Source: a virus. From it: a stretch of 64,000 bases of DNA. Made by a program: the position numbers and the translations under genes. Each line of letters starts with the position of its first letter. Position 1 is the first letter of the stretch. The DNA is taken from positions 1 through 64,000 of IMG/VR virus record IMGVR_UViG_3300045135_000252. One strand, given 5' to 3'. Of this stretch, positions 58,114-64,000 are shown piece after piece. Below the pieces are notes generated by a model. The model was not told the origin of the DNA. It made no database searches and worked only from the letters and a program-made list of their open reading frames with translations.

Positions 58114-58701
58114 TTACTTCTTCAAGCCAAGGGCTTTCAGATCAACCTTCTGAGGATCATGGCCACAAGCGCGGATAACACCGGCCAGAGCGTCCATGAC
58201 TTTCTTGTCACGTTCAGTCAGCGACTCCATGCGAGCATACTCTGCCCAACGTGGGTGAGTGTCGCGTAGTGTGCGCTCTGAAGGAGTGAGATCCTTCTTC
58301 TCACCAAGGCGAAGCGTACCTTCGATTTGCTCCTTGGCTTTACCCTTGACGCGATTCCAAACTGTCGAAGGGTTGGTGTACCGCACCTTCTTCAGCTTCT
58401 CACCGCGTACACCTTCCGCTTCAGCGCGTGCCCGAGCCTTGGCGTGGAGTGCGACATATAGTTCATCGCGCACCTTCCTGATGAGCTTACCCGCATCATC
58501 GGTAGCCTTATCGACATTCTCGACAGCGTACCAATTATGCGCTCCCTTCTTCGCACCGAAGAAGTCATTGATGACCAGAGCAAGCGAAAGCTCCGAAGCA
58601 TCAGCACCAACAGTAGCCGAAGCGGTTTCGACGATCTGAGATTGAACGTCAGCGAAGGTTAGCTTTTTAGAGCTAGCAACAGCTTTAGTGATATTTTCCA
58701 T
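58114..58701 (-). CDS. Early protein, paralogue 2
   Basis: MENITKAVASSKK...NPSTVWNRVK...HPRWAEYARME...GHDPQKVDL. Confidence 0.8.
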   Translation of the reverse strand: MENITKAVASSKKLTFADVQSQIVETASATVGADASELSLALVINDFFGAKKGAHNWYAVENVDKATDDAGKLIRKVRDELYVALHAKARARAEAEGVRGEKLKKVRYTNPSTVWNRVKGKAKEQIEGTLRLGEKKDLTPSERTLRDTHPRWAEYARMESLTERDKKVMDALAGVIRACGHDPQKVDLKALGLKK

Positions 58702-59118
58702 GAGTAGTTACCTCTGTTATGGAATACCGAAGCGGGATTGCTTCGATGGGTTTATAGTCTCATATTGTGGTACAAATATCAGAGTTAGAACCATATAAGG
58801 GGGTAGGGCTAACAAATGTTAGTCAGACCTATGCGACACCCCCCACCCCCCTAGCTCACAGTTAGTTACATACATCGTCTATATGTATAATAATATGCAC
58901 ATTAGATCACCAATTTTGACAAAGCCTTCCCCCTCTTTAGACACTGTCTAAAAAAGACCCCCACCCCCTTGTATTCTGCGCCCGGTTGGCACGCACTCCG
59001 TTTATAGAAGTACCCCCCTACCTAAAAAATTAGAGTCCCGTTTCCTTGATATATTTGTGTTTGTTGCAAATACTCTGTTAGGATCACGCCAACTGAGGCC
59101 ACAAACCGCCGTGCAGAC

Positions 59119-59748
59119 ATGCCAACAACTAAGATAGAGCCGACAAAAGACAAGCCAGTCCCATACGATACGTCGGATGATGCTGTCCCTACGCTGCTAG
59201 AAGAGCTAGCCGTTGCCGGTAATACCGCCGAATTGAAAGCTGAACTTGGTGCTCCACTAGAAATATCTGAAGCCGATGCCGAGCGAGAGAAGAAACTGCT
59301 TGAAGCCGTCGTCAAAGATAAGAGCACGAAGAACCTAACCAACCAAACCACCGCATTTGCAGCCGCTGCGTTCCTAAGATCGTATGGATCGACATTAGCG
59401 TTAGACGTTGCGTCTGCCAGATCAGCCATTACTAACAAGTTGATGGAGATTGCTAACTGTGGTGACACCAGATATGAGCTGAAGGCACTTGAGCTACTTG
59501 GTAAGCACTCCGATATTGGTCTGTTCACCGAGCGGAGCGAAGTGACCATCAACTATAAGAACCCAGAAGATTTGGAGAATGCGATCAAGGAGCGCGTCAA
59601 GCGGTTACTGAACGCTGACGTCATTGATGTTACTCCACTGGGTATGGACTTGGATGAGGAGCTGGGGACCTACGTGGAACCAGAACCTGAGTTAACGGGC
59701 ATTGCGGCGGACTTAGAGAATGGCGGCGAAAGCGAGCGAGATTCTTGA
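59119..59748 (+). CDS. terS: Terminase small subunit B (probable)
   Basis: LKALELLGKHSDIGLFTE motif; overlaps terL B. Confidence 0.7.
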   Translation: MPTTKIEPTKDKPVPYDTSDDAVPTLLEELAVAGNTAELKAELGAPLEISEADAEREKKLLEAVVKDKSTKNLTNQTTAFAAAAFLRSYGSTLALDVASARSAITNKLMEIANCGDTRYELKALELLGKHSDIGLFTERSEVTINYKNPEDLENAIKERVKRLLNADVIDVTPLGMDLDEELGTYVEPEPELTGIAADLENGGESERDS

Positions 59749-61258
59749 GAACATATCCTTAAAGGATATACCGAGTATCCTCCCGGCCCTGACTCCGGGG
59801 GAGCAAGAGAAGCTCTTGGCTGAGCTGGAGCACTTGCAGGCCCTGAAAACCAGAAAATTGGCGCAGGAGAAGTTTCTTGCGTTCGTTAAAGAAGCGTGGC
59901 CGACGTTCATTGCTGGGCGTCACCATGCAAAAATGGCTGAAGCGTTCGAGAGGGTAGCTAAAGGTGAGTGTAAAAGGCTCATCATTAACATGCCGCCTCG
60001 ACATACAAAGTCAGAGTTCGCCTCCTATCTTCTACCCGCGTGGTTCTTGGGCAAGTTTCCCAACAAGAAGATCATTCAGACCTCGCACACAGCCGAGCTT
60101 GCGGTCGGGTTCGGTCGAAAAGTGCGTAACTTGGTCGATCAGGAGGTCTACGCCAAAATATTTCCCGGTGTAGGGCTGCAACAGGACTCCAAAGCGGCTG
60201 GACGATGGGCTACAAACCAAGGCGGTGACTATTTCGCCATTGGTGTCGGCGGTGCGGTGACTGGTAAAGGTGCGGATTTGCTCATTATTGACGATCCACA
60301 CTCGGAACAAGAGGCTGCGCTAGCCGAAATAAACCCGGAAATCTACGATAAGACCTACGAGTGGTACACATCTGGCCCTCGTCAGCGTCTACAACCGGGT
60401 GGAGCCATCGTGATCGTCATGACGCGGTGGTCTAAGAAGGACCTTACAGCTCGTGTGCTCAAGGCAGAGGCTGAAAGGGGCGGAGATGACTGGGAAGTTA
60501 TCGAGTTTCCGGCGATTTTGCCGTCTGAACAGCCCCTGTGGCCGGAGTTTTGGTCCGAAAAGGAGCTAAAAGCGCTCAGGGAAGAGCTACCGTTTCCAAA
60601 ATGGATGGCTCAGTACCAGCAGAACCCGACTTCTGACTCTACGGCCATTATTAAGCGTGATTGGTGGCAGATTTGGGACTCTGAGAACCCTCCACACTGT
60701 GATTTTGTGCTGATGGCGTGGGATACGGCCTTTGAGAAATCAAACCGTGCCGACTATTCGGCGCTCACTACGTGGGGAGTGTTCTATAAGGACGACGAGA
60801 CAGGCGTCCCACAAGCGAATATCATATTACTTAACGCCTTTAGGGAGCGGATGGAGTTTCCTAGGCTAAAACAGGTGGCTCTGGAGCAATATCAGGACTG
60901 GGAGCCTGACTCGATCATCATCGAGAAGAAGGCTTCAGGTGCACCACTTATATACGAGATGCGGGCTATGGGTATCCCGGTGCAAGAGTTCACTCCTACA
61001 AAAGGGAACGACAAAATTACCCGACTTAATGCGGTAGCGGACATATTTGCCAGTGGCAGAGTGTGGGCACCCAACACACATTGGGCGGAAGAAGTCATTG
61101 AAGAAGTTGCAAGTTTTCCTTCAGGGGATCACGATGACTACGTTGACTCTACGTCGCTAGCCCTCATGCGGTTCCGGAAAGGTGGATACATCCGGACACT
61201 GCTCGATGAGGAAGATGAAATACCAAACTTCCGCCGACCGCACGCCGGATATTATTGA
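59720..61258 (+). CDS. terL: Terminase large subunit B
   Basis: IINMPPRHTKS, LIIDDP, VMTRW, WDTA, HDDYVD. Confidence 0.95.
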   Translation: MAAKASEILENISLKDIPSILPALTPGEQEKLLAELEHLQALKTRKLAQEKFLAFVKEAWPTFIAGRHHAKMAEAFERVAKGECKRLIINMPPRHTKSEFASYLLPAWFLGKFPNKKIIQTSHTAELAVGFGRKVRNLVDQEVYAKIFPGVGLQQDSKAAGRWATNQGGDYFAIGVGGAVTGKGADLLIIDDPHSEQEAALAEINPEIYDKTYEWYTSGPRQRLQPGGAIVIVMTRWSKKDLTARVLKAEAERGGDDWEVIEFPAILPSEQPLWPEFWSEKELKALREELPFPKWMAQYQQNPTSDSTAIIKRDWWQIWDSENPPHCDFVLMAWDTAFEKSNRADYSALTTWGVFYKDDETGVPQANIILLNAFRERMEFPRLKQVALEQYQDWEPDSIIIEKKASGAPLIYEMRAMGIPVQEFTPTKGNDKITRLNAVADIFASGRVWAPNTHWAEEVIEEVASFPSGDHDDYVDSTSLALMRFRKGGYIRTLLDEEDEIPNFRRPHAGYY

Positions 61259-61268
61259 GGATTGAACA

Positions 61269-63755
61269 ATGGCAATTGATAAGGCAGTAAACCAAGCCCC
61301 TATGGGCATCGACGAGATGATGGCTCAAGCGGCTAACATGGAGCCAGATATTGAGATCGAAATTGAAGACCCAGAAGAAGTTACCATCAACGTCGGGGGC
61401 ATGGAGATTGTTCTCGACCCGGACGATATGGGCGACGACGAAGAGTTCGGAGCGAATCTCGCCGAAGAGATGGAAGAAGAACAGCTCGCAATGCTCGTCG
61501 GCGAATTGGTTGAAGACTTTGAAGAAGACCATAATTCACGCCGTGACTGGATGCAGACGTATGTAGACGGCCTTGAGCTATTAGGTATGAAGGTAGAAGA
61601 CCGTACGGAGCCTTGGCCCGGTGCATGCGGTGTATACCACCCTCTCCTGTCTGAAGCGCTAGTTAAGTTTCAGTCTGAAACGATGATGGAGACATTCCCG
61701 GCACAGGGGCCGGTCAAGACCAAAGTTCTTGGGAAGGAGACTCCTGAGAAGCTAGAGGTCGCTAAGCGTGTCAAGGATGACATGAACTACCAGCTAACAG
61801 AGAAGATGGTGGAGTATCGCCCTGAGCATGAGCGCATGCTGTGGGGTCTCGGCCTCTCTGGTAACGCCTTCAAGAAGGTGTACTACGATCCGGGCATGAA
61901 CCGTCAGACGTCAATCTACATCCCAGCGGAAGACGTTGTGGTGCCGTACGGCGCGTCTAATATCGAGACAGCAGAGCGTGTAACACACGTAATGCGTAAA
62001 ACCGCTAATGAAATCAAGAAGTTACAGGTAGCGGGCTTCTATCGTAACATTGAGCTGGATGAACCCGGCGATACATTAGATGATATTGAGAAGTCGATTG
62101 CAGAGAAGATGGGCTTCAGTGCGACATCTGATGACCGCCATAAGATTCTCGAAATGCACGTTGACCTCGATCTACCCGGTTACGAGGATAAAGATGAAGA
62201 CGGCAAGGCTACAGGTATTGCGCTACCGTATGTGGTTACTATTGAGAAGAACTCAGAGGTTATTCTCTCGATTCGTCGCAACTGGAACCAAGATGACGAC
62301 TCAAAGCAGAAGCGCAACCATTTTGTTCATTATTCTTATGTACCCGGTTTTGGTTTCTATGCTTTCGGTCTCATTCATTTGGTTGGTGCTTTCGCTAAGT
62401 CCGGCACATCAATCATCCGACAGCTCGTCGATGCAGGTACCCTCTCCAACCTCCCCGGAGGATTCAAAACCAAAGGACTACGGGTTAAAGGAGACGACAC
62501 CCCAATCGCCCCCTCGGAGTTTCGTGATGTAGACGTTGCCTCTGGCACGATCCGCGACAACATCATGACGTTACCATATAAAGAGCCATCACAGGTTCTT
62601 GTAGGGCTTCTGGGTACTATTGTAGAGGAAGGCCGTCGGTTCGCTTCAGCGGCTGATATGAAGATCTCTGATATGTCTGGGCAGGCACCTGTAGGTACCA
62701 CTCTGGCAATCCTAGAGCGTACGCTCAAGATCATGTCTGCTGTACAGGCACGCATCCATTACTCAATGAAGCAGGAACTCAAGCTCCTGAAGAATATCAT
62801 TCGTGACTTTGCGGATGACGAGTATGCATATGAGCCGCGTACAGGCGAGCCAGCAGACCGTGGGCAGGACTACGATAGCGTTGAAGTTATCCCTGTTTCT
62901 GACCCAAATGCCGCCACAATGGCGCAAAAAGTCGTACAGTACCAAGCTGTACTACAAATGGCGCAGTCTGCACCTCAGCTTTATGACATGCCGTACTTAC
63001 ATCGTCAGATGTTAGAAGTTTTAGGTATTAAGAACGCTGAAAAGCTCGTTCCAATGGAAGATGACCAGAAACCAACTGATCCAGTGACAGAAAATATGAA
63101 CCTGTTACAGGGTAAGCCGGTCAAGGCGTTCTTGTATCAGGATCACGAAGCCCACATCGCTGTGCATATGGCAGCAGCTCAAGATCCTAAGATGATGCAG
63201 ATGCTGCAGCAAAGCCCTATGGCTAAGACAATAGGCGCAGCCTTCCAAGAGCATATCGCTCAACACTTAGCTATGGCGTACCGCAAGCAGATCGAAGACG
63301 CTGCTGGAGTCCCTTATCCAACACCAGAGGACAAGATGGACGAGAACACAGAGCTGGAGATCTCTCGTCTCGCAGCCGCTGCAGCGCAGCAGGTACTCGG
63401 CAAGAATCAGGCGGAGCAAGCCGCTCAACAGGCGCAGCAAGCCGCTCAAGACCCAATCGTACAGATGCAACAAGCAGAACTGCAGATCAAACAAGCAGAA
63501 GCTCAACTCAAGGCCCAGAAGATGCAGGTCGAAGCCGCCGAAAAGGCAGACCGTCTGGAGCTGGAAAGAGAGCGTATCGCGTCACAAGAGCGCGTCGCTG
63601 GTATGCAGGTCGGAGCAAAAATTGCTTCCGAGAAAGACAAGTTATCTGCTCAACAGCAGAAGGATGGGCTAGAAATGGGTATTCAGATCGCCCGTGAAGC
63701 AGCTCAGGAAGATCGCGCTATGCGACAAACTCAACAACCAACAGGTGAAGAATGA
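61269..63755 (+). CDS. Portal protein B
   Basis: 828 aa after terL; acidic N-terminus, GNAFKKVYYD, Gln-rich coiled-coil C-terminus. Confidence 0.85.
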   Translation: MAIDKAVNQAPMGIDEMMAQAANMEPDIEIEIEDPEEVTINVGGMEIVLDPDDMGDDEEFGANLAEEMEEEQLAMLVGELVEDFEEDHNSRRDWMQTYVDGLELLGMKVEDRTEPWPGACGVYHPLLSEALVKFQSETMMETFPAQGPVKTKVLGKETPEKLEVAKRVKDDMNYQLTEKMVEYRPEHERMLWGLGLSGNAFKKVYYDPGMNRQTSIYIPAEDVVVPYGASNIETAERVTHVMRKTANEIKKLQVAGFYRNIELDEPGDTLDDIEKSIAEKMGFSATSDDRHKILEMHVDLDLPGYEDKDEDGKATGIALPYVVTIEKNSEVILSIRRNWNQDDDSKQKRNHFVHYSYVPGFGFYAFGLIHLVGAFAKSGTSIIRQLVDAGTLSNLPGGFKTKGLRVKGDDTPIAPSEFRDVDVASGTIRDNIMTLPYKEPSQVLVGLLGTIVEEGRRFASAADMKISDMSGQAPVGTTLAILERTLKIMSAVQARIHYSMKQELKLLKNIIRDFADDEYAYEPRTGEPADRGQDYDSVEVIPVSDPNAATMAQKVVQYQAVLQMAQSAPQLYDMPYLHRQMLEVLGIKNAEKLVPMEDDQKPTDPVTENMNLLQGKPVKAFLYQDHEAHIAVHMAAAQDPKMMQMLQQSPMAKTIGAAFQEHIAQHLAMAYRKQIEDAAGVPYPTPEDKMDENTELEISRLAAAAAQQVLGKNQAEQAAQQAQQAAQDPIVQMQQAELQIKQAEAQLKAQKMQVEAAEKADRLELERERIASQERVAGMQVGAKIASEKDKLSAQQQKDGLEMGIQIAREAAQEDRAMRQTQQPTGEE

Positions 63756-63946
63756 GTACAGATCTATTGAAGTACCTCTCAGACAAGATTGACGAGGAAC
63801 GACAAGTAATTGAGACGGATTTGGCAGCGGGTAAAGCTGCCGATTTCGCCCAATACAAGCACGCCACTGGCGTAATTCGCGGTCTGATGATCGCTAACAA
63901 CATCTTGGCTGAAACAGCCCAAAGAATGGAGCAAGACGATGACTGA
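63752..63946 (+). CDS. Small hypothetical head-region protein
   Basis: 64 aa, YK...G.IRGL motif; coupled to the portal. Confidence 0.65.
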   Translation: MSTDLLKYLSDKIDEERQVIETDLAAGKAADFAQYKHATGVIRGLMIANNILAETAQRMEQDDD

Positions 63947-64000
63947 AATCCTAGTCGGCACAAACCCCGATAATCCGGATGAAGCAACAGCACTACCAGA
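63939..64000 (+). CDS. Start of the next gene (truncated by window)
   Basis: ATG at 63939 after GGAG; MTEILVGTNPDNPDEATALP. Confidence 0.5.
   Translation, partial: MTEILVGTNPDNPDEATALP

Larger units (their letters stand above)
57674..58793. repeat. 33-bp upstream element duplicated before both paralogues
   Basis: CATATTGTGGTACAAA-nnn-CAGAGTTAGAACCA at 57674-57706 and 58761-58793 (31/33 identical). Confidence 0.85.
49301..58822. repeat. Dispersed 14-18 bp palindrome (GA)CTAACA-NN-TGTTAG(TC), 11 copies
   Basis: Core starts at 49301, 51293, 52946, 54171, 55275, 56145, 56429, 56857, 58809; one-mismatch variants at 56926 and 57713. Confidence 0.9.

Noticed and set aside
56400-59100. tRNA genes or an att site in the intergenic regions
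   Set aside because: No cloverleaf or T-loop pattern seen and no integrase in the window
1-64000. Terminal redundancy explaining the two terL/portal sets
   Set aside because: The two sets differ in length and motifs and show no visible nucleotide identity

Overview
Tailed dsDNA phage DNA (podovirus-like gene content, standard genetic code); no host chromosome, rRNA, tRNA, CRISPR array or integrase was recognised. The window holds two dissimilar packaging/head modules: module A (1-6.6 kb: terS, terL, portal, scaffold, major capsid) and module B (59.1 kb to the end: terS, terL, portal). Between them lie a mosaic tail-fibre/adhesin block (6.6-20.7 kb), lysis genes, tail and internal-virion proteins including a 2271-aa polyvalent protein (to 37.4 kb, + strand), and a leftward replication/early arm (37.5-58.7 kb). 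That arm encodes a primase-helicase, SSB, SNF2 helicase, Cas4-like nuclease, Leu762-type PolA, VRR-NUC, a MoxR AAA/vWA-peptidase module and many small early genes. I found no GCWGC in the first ~9.4 kb while it is common later, so the window is probably two phage genomes joined in the tail-fibre region (assembly chimera or recent recombinant). The most novel-looking signals are non-coding. (i) A candidate ~90-nt small RNA at 37420-37512 is complementary to an extended ribosome-binding motif (AGAGGTAACTA) shared by early genes. (ii) Eleven copies of the palindrome CTAACA-NN-TGTTAG are confined to 49.3-58.8 kb and are densest next to an AT-rich, IHF-site-containing origin/terminus-like region. 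(iii) A duplicated early-gene cassette carries 33-bp and 29-bp repeats. All calls come from reading motifs by eye; no database searches were run.
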